The translations under genes and the position numbers were made by a program. Positions 1 to 8,654 of a stretch of DNA of 32,000 nt are shown here, piece by piece. The stretch comes from Candidatus Saccharimonadota bacterium (GTDB lineage Bacteria; Patescibacteriota; Saccharimonadia; Saccharimonadales; UBA4665): the NCBI GenBank assembly GCA_963716945.1, contig OY970322.1:810001-842000 (forward strand), written 5' to 3'. The notes beneath the pieces were generated by a model that ran no database searches, was not told where the DNA came from, and saw nothing but the letters and a program-made list of their open reading frames with translations. The stretch's first letter is position 1, and every line of letters starts with the position of its first letter.

Positions 1-305
1 GCCCCGGCCAGCTCGACAGCCGACAAGACGTACTCGCCTTTCCATTTGTATTCGTCGACCCACACCCAAGCCGCCCGGCGCATTTGCTTGAGCTTGCCGG
101 CGGTTATCGCTTCCAGGCCGCCGCCCTGGTCGTCATTGAAGCGGTATTTTACCTCGACGAAATGGATAACGCCGTTTTTGCGCGCGATAATGTCGATTTC
201 ACAGCGCGGGCGGCGCCAATTCTGCTCGATTATCTCGTAACCGCGCATCTCCAGGTACGCCATGGCGGCTTTTTCGGCCCGGCGGCCGGTCTCGGTCGAA
301 GTCAT
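1..305 (-). CDS. yraN: YraN/UPF0102-family endonuclease-like protein; 3' end runs off the window
   Basis: Absent from the ORF track because it has no in-window stop. My reverse-strand translation from the ATG at 305 reads MTSTETGRRAEKAAMAYLEMRGYEIIEQNWRRPRCEIDIIARKNGVIHFVEVKYRFNDDQGGGLEAITAGKLKQMRRAAWVWVDEYKWKGEYVLSAVELAG and stays open to nt 1. It has the E-I-D...E-V-K core typical of YraN proteins. It starts 4 nt after the rnhB stop, which is the common rnhB-yraN adjacency. Confidence 0.75.
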   Translation of the reverse strand, partial: MTSTETGRRAEKAAMAYLEMRGYEIIEQNWRRPRCEIDIIARKNGVIHFVEVKYRFNDDQGGGLEAITAGKLKQMRRAAWVWVDEYKWKGEYVLSAVELAG

Positions 306-309
306 GCGC

Positions 310-873
310 TCATTGTACCAAAGCCCGGACCGGCTTGAACGACCGGCGGTGCAGGTCGCTGACTCCGTACAGCTTCAACCTTTCGAGGTGCAGCGCCGTA
401 CCGTAGCCGACATGGCGGTCAAAGCCGTAGTCCGGATAGTCACCCTTTATCCCGGCCATATACCTGTCACGCGCGACCTTGGCAATAATGCTGGCAGCAC
501 TGACAGCCAGCACGCTGGCGTCGGCCTTGACAATAGTCTTCACGTTCGGCTTGTCGGGTAAGAAATTAAAGTTACCGTCGATGATAATTTCATCATACTC
601 CAGCGTTATTTGTTCGAGGGCCCGGCGCATGGCCAAACCGACGGCCGCCGTCAGACCGATTTCGTCAATTTCGGCCGGCGCGACCCAGCCCAGGCCGATA
701 GCGGCGGCCTCGGTCTCGATGATAGCCGAAAGCTCTTGCCGGCGCTTCTTGCCTAATTGCTTGGAATCGGCCAAGCCAGCTATCGGTTGGCCAATAACCA
801 CCGCCCCGGCCACTACAGGTCCGGCCCAACAGCCGCGGCCGACCTCGTCAATGCCCACTGTCGGTAATTGCAT
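310..873 (-). CDS. rnhB: Ribonuclease HII
   Basis: 187 aa. The N-terminal GIDEVGRGCWAGPVVAGAVV matches the RNase HII catalytic DE-GRG segment. DSKQL and the C-terminal HRRSF region are also family-typical. Confidence 0.9.
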   Translation of the reverse strand: MQLPTVGIDEVGRGCWAGPVVAGAVVIGQPIAGLADSKQLGKKRRQELSAIIETEAAAIGLGWVAPAEIDEIGLTAAVGLAMRRALEQITLEYDEIIIDGNFNFLPDKPNVKTIVKADASVLAVSAASIIAKVARDRYMAGIKGDYPDYGFDRHVGYGTALHLERLKLYGVSDLHRRSFKPVRALVQ

Positions 874-879
874 ACTCCC

Positions 880-888
880 AGTTTAGCA
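880..888 (-). promoter_or_regulatory. Extended -10 box (TGcTAAACT) 6 nt upstream of the rnhB ATG; implies a leaderless transcript
   Basis: The reverse complement of 880-888 is TGCTAAACT. Only 874-879 separate it from the ATG at 873, and there is no correctly spaced SD. Confidence 0.45.
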
Positions 889-918
889 GTTGCCAAATTA
901 AGCGACCTTAGCTTATGC

Positions 919-947
919 TTGTACACAAAGATGTTTTGTTATATAAT
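919..947 (+). promoter_or_regulatory. Sigma70-like promoter TTGTAC-17 nt-TATAAT, 8 nt upstream of the ATG at 956
   Basis: TTGTAC at 919-924, a 17-nt spacer, and TATAAT at 942-947. The ATG at 956 leaves no room for an SD, so the mRNA is predicted leaderless or nearly so. Confidence 0.5.
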
Positions 948-955
948 AAAGACTC

Positions 956-1714
956 ATGGTTTCAGCTATAAGAGCAGTGGAAAGAAGTTTGGACGCCGTA
1001 TCCAGCGGCGGAGATGTCGGGCAGCGAATAGCCGAAATACAGGCCGTTGAGAACCGGGCCAAGCGGGCCGGGCTGCTAGCCGTACACGCGGCCGTGGTAC
1101 GCTTTCCGGACCTCTTCGCCAACCAGCTAGGCCTTAATTATCACCCGCCCGAATTCCCCCATGTAGACCAAGGCTTACAATCAGACGTCTACCGCCTGGA
1201 TGAAGGCCGGGTGCTAAAAGTTATCAAACATGAAAGCACGGATGAGGAACAAGCCCAAATGGCTAGCCAACTCCGGCACGAGCACGCCGAGATGGCCAGG
1301 TATATCGGACCGGCAGTACTGCCTCACACGATTTTTGTGGGCCGCCACCCGATTGCCCGGGGACGCAATGCCGTCCAGATTATTCAGCCGTACCGGGAAA
1401 TCGATTTCCTGAAGCTAAGCGACGACGAAGAAAGCACCGATCAGTTACGTGAACGGTTGCTTGAAGCCGAATCCGGCCACCCACGCGTTATATCTGAATT
1501 GGCTACCATCGTCCAAGGCGGCCGGGCGTTGGCTCAAGCCGAGGATCATTTAGTAATTGATATCGTAGGCAGAAATGTCGGCATTAACCGGCAAAGCGAC
1601 CGGGTGGAAATTGTCGACAGCCAGCCAGTACCCCTAGAAAGACCCGACCATCATGCCCTGGCCACCTGGCATTTGGAAAGATTGGAAGCTACGCTCGAGA
1701 GTTTAGCGGCTTAG
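956..1714 (+). CDS. Hypothetical protein, possibly an atypical protein-kinase-like fold
   Basis: 252-aa ORF with its own promoter. The motif order resembles a kinase fold: VYRLDEGRVLKVIK (beta3 Lys-like), IIQPYREI (hinge-like), IDIVGRN (D-x4-N catalytic-loop-like) and VEIVDSQP (DFG-position Asp). Codon usage differs from neighbouring genes (frequent CTA/TTA/AGA/ATA). The function is inference only. Confidence 0.55.
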   Translation: MVSAIRAVERSLDAVSSGGDVGQRIAEIQAVENRAKRAGLLAVHAAVVRFPDLFANQLGLNYHPPEFPHVDQGLQSDVYRLDEGRVLKVIKHESTDEEQAQMASQLRHEHAEMARYIGPAVLPHTIFVGRHPIARGRNAVQIIQPYREIDFLKLSDDEESTDQLRERLLEAESGHPRVISELATIVQGGRALAQAEDHLVIDIVGRNVGINRQSDRVEIVDSQPVPLERPDHHALATWHLERLEATLESLAA

Positions 1715-2244
1715 TCGGTTTTGGCTTCGGCTTCTTCGTGGCGGGCTTGGACGGCGGCGGCTTTGGCCTCGAGTTCGGCTTCTTCCTTGGCTTTAGCTTC
1801 GGCCTTGGCGGCGGCTTCGGCGGCCTTGGCGGCATGGAGCTTGGCTTCTTCAGCCTCCAGCGCTTCGTCATGGACTGCGTTAACGGCTTCGCGATCGAAG
1901 TCGACACCGGTCATACGGGCCGATTTGCCGGTACGCTGGCGCATGTAGCTAAGATAATTGCGGCGGACCTTGCTGCGCTTGGTAACTTCTACCTGGACTA
2001 CCAGGGGGCTGTGCAACAGGAAGCTCTTTTCGACACCGACGCCACTGGCGATCCGGCGCACGGTAATACGGCTGGTGTGGCTGCCGCGGTTGTCGGTCCG
2101 GATGACCAGGCCCTGGAAAATCTGGATGCGTTCTTTGTTGCCTTCACGGATTTTCTGGTGCACTTTGACGGTGTCACCGCTGCGTACGTCGACGACGGCC
2201 TTTTTCTTATAACGGTCATTAATTTTTTGAATCACGCTCTGCAT
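1711..2244 (-). CDS. rplS: 50S ribosomal protein L19 with a low-complexity Ala/Glu/Lys C-terminal extension
   Basis: The first ~115 aa are a canonical L19: DVRSGDTVKVHQKIREGNKERIQIFQGLVIRTDNRGSHTSRITVRRIASGVGVEKSFLLHSPLVVQVEV. They are followed by EALEAEEAKLHAAKAAEAAAKAEAKAKEEAELEAKAAAVQARHEEAEAKTD. Confidence 0.9.
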   Translation of the reverse strand: MQSVIQKINDRYKKKAVVDVRSGDTVKVHQKIREGNKERIQIFQGLVIRTDNRGSHTSRITVRRIASGVGVEKSFLLHSPLVVQVEVTKRSKVRRNYLSYMRQRTGKSARMTGVDFDREAVNAVHDEALEAEEAKLHAAKAAEAAAKAEAKAKEEAELEAKAAAVQARHEEAEAKTD

Positions 2245-2287
2245 ATCCGGTCAAGTGTACACGATTTACTCCTCTGGCGCAAGGCTT

Positions 2288-3895
2288 TTAGCCGATGACG
2301 CGGTAGAGTTCGTCGAGAGTCGTTTGGCCGGCGATGGCTTTTAGGACGCCGTCCTGGTCCATTGTCAGCATGCCGGATGCCCGGGCGGCATCTTCGATGT
2401 TCTGGGTCGAGACGCTGGTTTTGGGACTTTCCAGCAGCTGGCGCAGCGCGTCGCTCATGGTGAACTGTTCGCGAATGGCCAGCTGGCCCTGGTAGCCGTA
2501 GGGATTGGCCTCAGAACTGCCGGGCTTGTAAAGCTGCAAGCCGTCGAGGTTGGGCCGTTCGAAGCCCTCCGGCAAGGTCGCCAGTACGTCATTGATCCGT
2601 TTCCAGTCGGCCTCTGAGGGCGTGTAGGCCTGTTTGGTAGCGTCGTCGAGACGCCGTATCAAGCGCTGGGCCATGACCAGCCTGATGGCCGAAACGAACA
2701 GCGGATTCTCGCCGATGATGTCGGCGATGCGCGTTAGGGCGGCAGCCGCCGAACCGGCGTGGAAAGTCGCCAGCACCAGATGGCCGGTCAGCGCGGCCTG
2801 CAAAGCCGTCCGGGCGGTGTCCATATCGCGGATCTCGCCAATCATAACGATGTCGGGGTCAAGCCGCAGGACGGCCCGCAGCTTGCTGGCGAAGCTCTCG
2901 TCGTTGCCGGCCTCGCTGGAAGTAACCGAAATCTGCGTCACGCCGGGGAATTGGTACTCCACCGGGTCCTCGATAGTGATGATTTTGCGTTCTTCGGTGT
3001 TAAGCGAATTCAGCATCGAGTACAAGGTGGTCGTTTTGCCCGAACCGGTCGGCCCGACGACCATGACCAGGCCGGTCGGCTGGGCGATGATGCCATCGAC
3101 GACCCGGCGTTCGGCGGCCGACAAGCCCAGACGGTCAAGGGTATACATGCTTTCGTCCATGTTGAACAGGCGCATCACGGCGTCCATGCCGTTGATGGTC
3201 GGCACGGTTTCCAGGCGCACGTTGACGTCGACTTCGTTGCCATCGGCCATTTTGACCTTTTGGGCGATGTGGCCCTGCTGGGCTTCGTTGACACCGGTTG
3301 AGACATTGCCGGCGCTGGCAATCGCCGAAATAAGCGTGTGGTACTTGTCGGGCTGCAGACGGGCGATGGGATGCAGTACGCCGTCAATCCGGAAGCGGAT
3401 ACGCACGTCGCCGGGCTGGGTTTCGACATGGATATCGGAGGCGTTAAGGTTGTGGGCCTGGGCGACCAGGTAAGCCAGCATATCGTCGGCCTTGACCTGC
3501 TGTAGCATGTCGGAAATCTGGCCGACCAGCTCGTTATCATCAGTCTGATTGAGGGCTATATCCTGGTATACGACCTTTTCCGGCGGGTCGTACAGGCGCA
3601 TGTAATCACGGTAGCCGGCCTCGGAAATAATGGCGAAGACGACTTTCTGGTCGGCGAAATGCTTCTCCAAATCGGCCATGGTTTGCTGGGAAGTCGTCGT
3701 CGTAACTCCAAACAGTATATTGCTGCGGTCGGCCGTCAGCGGGATGACCCTCAGCCGGTAAAGCTCGGGGACGGTCAGTATGTCGTTATACAGGGCTTTT
3801 TCACCCGGGCCCGAAGTGTCGAAATAGTCCATGCCCAACACCCGGGCACGGCGTTCGGTTGCCTGTTCTTCGTCAAGTCTGGCGTCTTGGCTCAT
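2288..3895 (-). CDS. PilB/GspE-family type IV pilus / type II secretion assembly ATPase
   Basis: Walker A VVGPTGSGKTTTLYS, Walker B/Asp box DPDIVMIGEIRD, and His box LTGHLVLATFHA. I prefer the ATG at 3895 (MSQDARLDEE...) over the track start at 3979. The longer form would overlap the divergent SpoU gene, and a TATACT box sits 8 nt upstream of 3895. Confidence 0.85.
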   Translation of the reverse strand: MSQDARLDEEQATERRARVLGMDYFDTSGPGEKALYNDILTVPELYRLRVIPLTADRSNILFGVTTTTSQQTMADLEKHFADQKVVFAIISEAGYRDYMRLYDPPEKVVYQDIALNQTDDNELVGQISDMLQQVKADDMLAYLVAQAHNLNASDIHVETQPGDVRIRFRIDGVLHPIARLQPDKYHTLISAIASAGNVSTGVNEAQQGHIAQKVKMADGNEVDVNVRLETVPTINGMDAVMRLFNMDESMYTLDRLGLSAAERRVVDGIIAQPTGLVMVVGPTGSGKTTTLYSMLNSLNTEERKIITIEDPVEYQFPGVTQISVTSSEAGNDESFASKLRAVLRLDPDIVMIGEIRDMDTARTALQAALTGHLVLATFHAGSAAAALTRIADIIGENPLFVSAIRLVMAQRLIRRLDDATKQAYTPSEADWKRINDVLATLPEGFERPNLDGLQLYKPGSSEANPYGYQGQLAIREQFTMSDALRQLLESPKTSVSTQNIEDAARASGMLTMDQDGVLKAIAGQTTLDELYRVIG

Positions 3896-3952
3896 ATGTT
3901 TCCAGTATAAAGCATAAGCGTCGCCAAGAGCCAATGCTGTATATTTGTTGCA

Positions 3953-4453
3953 GTGAGAAGCTTGATTCTGATCGCCCATAATTTACGCAGCGCCCATAAT
4001 GTCGGCTCGCTGCTTAGGACCTGTGACGGCCTGGGCATCGACGAAGTCTACCTGACGGGGTACACGCCTTACCCGGCCCGGGCCGGCGATGAACGTTTGC
4101 CCCATCTGGCTCAAAAAACCGACCGGCAAATCGCTAAAACCGCCCTCGGGGCCGAAAAGTCGGCCGCCTGGCAGCACCGGGCCGACATCGCTAGCGTGCT
4201 GGCCGGCCTGCGAGAACGGTCTTTCGTAATCGCCGGGCTGGAGCAGGCCGCCGGTTCGGTTGAGTTGCCGACTTTCGGGCCGCCGGACAAGCTGGCTTTG
4301 ATAGTCGGCCGCGAAGTCGAAGGCTTGGAAGCGGACATCCTGGCGGCCTGCGACCTGGTGCTCGAAATTCCGATGTTCGGCCGCAAAGAATCCTTCAACG
4401 TCGTCCAGGCGGCGGCGATGGCCCTCTACCACTGCCGCTTTGCCGGTTCATAA
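3953..4453 (+). CDS. SpoU/TrmH-family RNA 2'-O-methyltransferase
   Basis: 166 aa. N-terminal LIAHNLRSAHNVGSLLRTCDGLGI and C-terminal LEIPMFGRKESFNVVQAAAMALY match SpoU motifs 1 and 3. The start codon (GTG 3953 or TTG 3962) is uncertain. Confidence 0.8.
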   Translation: MRSLILIAHNLRSAHNVGSLLRTCDGLGIDEVYLTGYTPYPARAGDERLPHLAQKTDRQIAKTALGAEKSAAWQHRADIASVLAGLRERSFVIAGLEQAAGSVELPTFGPPDKLALIVGREVEGLEADILAACDLVLEIPMFGRKESFNVVQAAAMALYHCRFAGS

Positions 4454-4497
4454 ATGCCGGTATGCTATAATTAAAGGGTTAAACTAGAAATAAACAG

Positions 4498-4926
4498 ATG
4501 GCATTAGCAACCAGACCGGCACCAAACGCCCACCACCGAAAACGCCACGCCCAACATCACCGGCACAGCAAGGGCTACCTGCGGACATACTGGCCCTATC
4601 TGCCGATGCTGGCGATTGTCGGGGTGGGCGCGGCCGTTAACAAGTCGCTTTATAGTAGCGGTTTTGCCCTGCCCGACACTTTTGGCGGCGGCGGACCGGC
4701 GGCTTCGACCCGTATTTCGGCTATAACCGGCCAGGCCGGCTGGGGGTTGGCGGCCGTAGTTTTCATCACCGCCGTAGCGGCGGCAATTCTTATCTTTAGC
4801 CACTGGTACCGTGTCCGTAATGTCATTAGCCGCGGCGAAGCCTTCGCCCTTAGCCGTCCGTGGGTCGATATCCTGCTGGTCCTGGTAGTAACCGCCGGCG
4901 TCGTCTTGACCCGCTACATCGCCTGA
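4498..4926 (+). CDS. Hypothetical membrane protein with a His/Arg/Lys-rich N-terminus
   Basis: 142 aa. It begins NAHHRKRHAQHHRHSKGYLRTYWPYLPMLAIVGVGAAV and has two further hydrophobic helices. TGcTATAAT at 4463-4471 lies upstream. Confidence 0.55.
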   Translation: MALATRPAPNAHHRKRHAQHHRHSKGYLRTYWPYLPMLAIVGVGAAVNKSLYSSGFALPDTFGGGGPAASTRISAITGQAGWGLAAVVFITAVAAAILIFSHWYRVRNVISRGEAFALSRPWVDILLVLVVTAGVVLTRYIA

Positions 4927-4942
4927 ACATCCGGCCCCGGGC

Positions 4943-7900
4943 TTATTGCACGACCAGGTTGTCGGCGCCTACCAGCTCCTGCAGTTTGGCCAGGCCGTCG
5001 CTGGTCCGGTCAATGCCGACCGGCAGTTTGATTGCTTGCTTAGCGGTCGCTTCGCCCAGGACCAAGACGACCTCGGTCTCCCCCTGATGCCGGTCAATCG
5101 TTTGCTTGAGCGACAGCAGCATAGCCTGGTCCTGAGTATTGATTAAACGTACATAGACCCGTTCCGGCAGCGGCTTCTCGGAAACGGCGGCCGGAGTAAC
5201 GGTCCTGGCCGGCCGGGCTTTGGGAGTTTTGGGCTTCTTGCCGGTCGCTTCGTAAGCGGCCGCTTGTTCGGCGGTAATCTCGCGGGCGTCATCAACCGTT
5301 ATTTTGACCTCGCCGGAACTGTTGCCGTCGCGGTCGCGGGTACTGACTTTGCCCCGGACCAGGACGACCCGGTCGCGTTCCCACAGGCCGATGGTTTGCT
5401 GGTAGCTGTTCGGGAAGAGTATGATTTCGATTTCGCCGAAGCGGTCTTCCAGCTTGACGAAAGCCATCCGCTGGCCGTTCTTGGTCGTGATTTCACGGAA
5501 ATCCGAGATAGCGCCGCCGATACTGACCCGCTTGCCGTCATGGTCGGCCGTAATCGTGTTGAGCGGCACGGTCTGCTCGCCCAGAATGGTTTCGAACATT
5601 TCGAGCGGATGCTGGCTAAGGTACAGCCCCAGCAGTTCGCGTTCCCATAGCAGCTGCTCATGGTTGCTGACGGCGGCCGGCGCGGCCTGCAGTTCCAGCT
5701 GGGCCCGCGGCAAGGCCGTGTCGGGGCTGTTGCCGAATATATCGGTCTGGCCGCTGCTAGCCTGCTTCTGCAACCGGGCGGCAAACGCCAGCATCAGGTC
5801 GAGATTATGCAACAGCGTCGAGCGGTCGCCGAACCGGTCGAAAGCGCCGGCCTTAATCAGGCTTTCCAGCGGCTTGCGGTTGACGACCCGGCTGTTGACC
5901 CGGGTCAGGAAGTCCTCGAGACTGGTGAAATTACCTTCCTGGCGCGCCCGGATGATTTCCTCGACGACGCCGGTGCCGACATTCTTAATGGCCGCCATAC
6001 CAAAGCGGATTTGCTGGCTGCCGGGCACCACCGCGAACTCGACGAATGACTCGTTGACATCCGGCGGCAGGACCGTGATGCCCATGTGCTTGCACTCGGT
6101 GATTTCAATTGCCAAACGGTCGGTGTCATCATAATCGCTGGTCATTAGAGCGGCCATGAAAGCCGCCGGATAGTGGGCTTTGAGGTAAGCCGTCTGATAG
6201 GCGATGGTAGCGTAGCAAGCCGCATGGACTTTGTTGAAGCCGTAGTCGGCGAAGGCTTCCATGCGAACCCAGAACTTCTCGGCAAAGCTTTTCGTGACCT
6301 GGCTGTGCTCGACCATGCCGTCGATGAAGGCGGTCTTCATTTTGGCCATGGTGTCGCGTTGCTTCTTGCCGATGGCCTTGCGCAGCGTGTCAGCCTGGCC
6401 GCCGGTAAAACCGCACATTTCCTTGCTGACTTGCATAAACTGTTCTTGGTAGACGAGCACGCCGTAGGTGCTTTGGAGGGCGGCCTGCAGGCCGGGGTGT
6501 TCGTAGACGGTTTTTTTGCGGCCGTGCTTGCGGTCGATGAAATCTTCGATAAACTGCATCGGGCCCGGCCGGTACAAAGCGTTCATAGCGATCAGGTCGT
6601 CAAAAACGGTCGGCTGGAGTTCTTTGAGGTAGCGTTTCATGCCGGCCGACTCAAACTGGAAAACACCGGTCGTATCGGCCCTCTGGAAGAGTTCATAGGT
6701 CTGCTTATCGTCAAGCGTAATGCTGTTGATGTCGATCGTTTCGCCGTAAACGCGCTTGATTATACGCAGGGCGTTATTGATAATCGTCAGGTTCGACAGG
6801 CCCAGGAAATCCATCTTCAAAAGGCCCAGTTCTTCGATGGGGCCCATCGAGTACTGGGTGGCTATAACGCCTTTTTGGGCCATTTCGAGCGGCGTGTAAT
6901 AAACGATGTCCTCGGGCGCGATCACGACGCCGGCGGCGTGGACGCCGTGCGAACGGATCGTGCCTTCCATCTGGACGGCCAGGTCGAAGACCTTTTTGGC
7001 GGTGGCGTTAGTCTCGTATTCATGCTTGAGTTCGCGGTCGTTGCGCAGCGAAGTCGCCAGCGGGATGTGCCGGCCCTGGACGGGCGGCGGAATCATCTTG
7101 GCCAGCCGGTCGGCTTCGGCGTAGGGCACCTGCAAAACGCGCGACACGTCGCGCACGGCGTTGCGGGCCGCCATCCGGCCGAAAGTCACGATGTTGGCCA
7201 CACGTTCTTTGCCGTATTTCTCGACACAATACTGGATGACTTCTTCCCGGCGGCTGTCCTGGATATCGATATCGACGTCCGGCATGCTAATACGGTCGGG
7301 GTTCAGGAAGCGCTCGAACAGCAAATCGTAGAGCAGCGGATCGACTTCCGTAATCTTCAAGGCGTAGGCGATAATCGAGCTGGCGGCACTGCCCCGGCCC
7401 GGACCGAAGACTATGCCTTGGTTTTTGCCCCAGTTGATGAAGTCCGCGATAATCAGGAAGTAGCCGTTGAAACCCATGCTCTCAATAACGCCGAGTTCAT
7501 AGTCGGCGCGTTCCAAGACCTCCTTCGACAGTTTCTTCTTGGACTCGGCGATTGATAGCTTCTGGGTTTCGGCTTCCGGTACTTTGCCGTAGCGCCAGGC
7601 TAGGCCCCTGTAGAGCAGTTTTTCCAGATATGACCTTTCCGTCTCGCCTTTGGGTACGGGGAATTTCGGTATCAGGATCTTGCCGAGTTCTATCGTGACG
7701 TCACAGCGGTCGGCAATAGCCCGGCTATTGGTAATGAAGTCGGGGTGGTCGGCGCCCCAGCGGCCGATCAAGTCTTCGGGCTTGTTGACGTGCAGATCGA
7801 AGTCTTTGAGGGTCATCCGCTTCTCGTCGCTCAGGAATGAACCGGTCTGGACACATAGCAGGATTTCGTGGGCCTCTTGGTCCTCATGTTTGAGGTAATG

Positions 7901-8578
7901 GGCGTCGCAGGTTACGACGCACGGTATATCAAGCTCTTGTCCCAGACGGATCACCTGGTCGTTGATGACCTTTTGTTCGCTCCAGTGCCCGGGGTGCTCA
8001 GGGTGACCGTGGTCTTGGACCTCCAGGTAGTAGCGGTCGCCGAAGGTCTGTTTGTACCACTTGGCTATTTGTTTGGCTTGGTCGTACTGGCCCTGGCGCA
8101 GGGCGTCGCCGAGTTCGCCGCTGGCGCAGCCGCTGAGGCAAATCAGGCCCTCGTTATGCTTTTCCAGCAGCGAGCGGTCAATCCGCGGTTTGTAATAAAA
8201 ACCTTCAAGGTTGGCGATGGTCGACAGGGCCATCAGGTTCTGGTAGCCGTCTTTGTTCATAGCCAGCAGTATCAGGTGGTAATACTGCTTGTCTTTGGAC
8301 GGGTCCCGGTCGTATAGGCTGCGGGCTGCGACGTAGGCTTCGATACCGATAATCGGTTTGATGCCGGCCGCCCTGGCTTCTTTGTAGAATTCAATCGTGC
8401 CGCTGAGGGTACCGTGGTCGGTGACCGCCACGGCCGTCATGCCGCTGTCCTTGACGTGCTTGACCAGCGCCGGCACCTTAGTCAAGCCGTCCAGCAAGCT
8501 GTACTGGGTATGGTTGTGCAGATGCACGTAATCGTCAGCGGCAAGCGCGGTCTTTTTTTTGGCCAAAATATCCCTCAA
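4943..8578 (-). CDS. dnaE: DNA polymerase III alpha subunit
   Basis: 1211 aa. It has the PHP domain start VHLHNHTQYSLLDG, palm/fingers motifs (GPGRGSAASS, PDVDIDI), and an OB-fold region. The start is ambiguous: TTG 8578, or TTG 8566 preceded by GAGGGA. Confidence 0.95.
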   Translation of the reverse strand: MRDILAKKKTALAADDYVHLHNHTQYSLLDGLTKVPALVKHVKDSGMTAVAVTDHGTLSGTIEFYKEARAAGIKPIIGIEAYVAARSLYDRDPSKDKQYYHLILLAMNKDGYQNLMALSTIANLEGFYYKPRIDRSLLEKHNEGLICLSGCASGELGDALRQGQYDQAKQIAKWYKQTFGDRYYLEVQDHGHPEHPGHWSEQKVINDQVIRLGQELDIPCVVTCDAHYLKHEDQEAHEILLCVQTGSFLSDEKRMTLKDFDLHVNKPEDLIGRWGADHPDFITNSRAIADRCDVTIELGKILIPKFPVPKGETERSYLEKLLYRGLAWRYGKVPEAETQKLSIAESKKKLSKEVLERADYELGVIESMGFNGYFLIIADFINWGKNQGIVFGPGRGSAASSIIAYALKITEVDPLLYDLLFERFLNPDRISMPDVDIDIQDSRREEVIQYCVEKYGKERVANIVTFGRMAARNAVRDVSRVLQVPYAEADRLAKMIPPPVQGRHIPLATSLRNDRELKHEYETNATAKKVFDLAVQMEGTIRSHGVHAAGVVIAPEDIVYYTPLEMAQKGVIATQYSMGPIEELGLLKMDFLGLSNLTIINNALRIIKRVYGETIDINSITLDDKQTYELFQRADTTGVFQFESAGMKRYLKELQPTVFDDLIAMNALYRPGPMQFIEDFIDRKHGRKKTVYEHPGLQAALQSTYGVLVYQEQFMQVSKEMCGFTGGQADTLRKAIGKKQRDTMAKMKTAFIDGMVEHSQVTKSFAEKFWVRMEAFADYGFNKVHAACYATIAYQTAYLKAHYPAAFMAALMTSDYDDTDRLAIEITECKHMGITVLPPDVNESFVEFAVVPGSQQIRFGMAAIKNVGTGVVEEIIRARQEGNFTSLEDFLTRVNSRVVNRKPLESLIKAGAFDRFGDRSTLLHNLDLMLAFAARLQKQASSGQTDIFGNSPDTALPRAQLELQAAPAAVSNHEQLLWERELLGLYLSQHPLEMFETILGEQTVPLNTITADHDGKRVSIGGAISDFREITTKNGQRMAFVKLEDRFGEIEIILFPNSYQQTIGLWERDRVVLVRGKVSTRDRDGNSSGEVKITVDDAREITAEQAAAYEATGKKPKTPKARPARTVTPAAVSEKPLPERVYVRLINTQDQAMLLSLKQTIDRHQGETEVVLVLGEATAKQAIKLPVGIDRTSDGLAKLQELVGADNLVVQ

Positions 8579-8654
8579 GAGCTCTTACGTATCAGTTTAA
8601 ATTATATCACCGACCGGCCGGCTGACGAAAACCGATTATGGCCCCGGTTCCGGC

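Noticed and set aside
1689-2298. Pro/Lys-rich 72-aa ORF (1689-1907, minus) and Gly/Phe-rich 186-aa ORF (1738-2298, plus)
   Set aside because: They are alternative-frame or antisense readings of the quasi-repetitive DNA that encodes the L19 Ala/Glu/Lys tail. The L19 frame is the only one with homology.
2288-3979. Longer N-terminal versions of several track ORFs: 2288-3979, 9364-10323, 17934-18779, 23482-24159, 24119-24652, 26394-26972, 27551-28309 and 14789-15937
   Set aside because: The extensions run into divergent promoters, overlap upstream genes or cross the 20-bp inverted repeat, and they encode atypical sequence. Internal ATGs coincide with family N-termini and with -10 or SD signals, so I used the shorter forms.
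6173-7555. 460-aa plus-strand ORF inside dnaE, plus similar ORFs at 5421-6134 and 7868-8317
   Set aside because: These are antisense shadows of dnaE. They have low-complexity composition, no start context and no recognisable domain.
8579-8654. Short GC palindromes (CCGGCCGG, CCGGAACCGG) between the YtxH-like gene and dnaE as a terminator
   Set aside because: The stems are only 4 bp and there is no U-tract. They are more simply explained by chance in GC-rich DNA. A TATAAT box (complement of 8601-8606) for dnaE is the only usable signal there.
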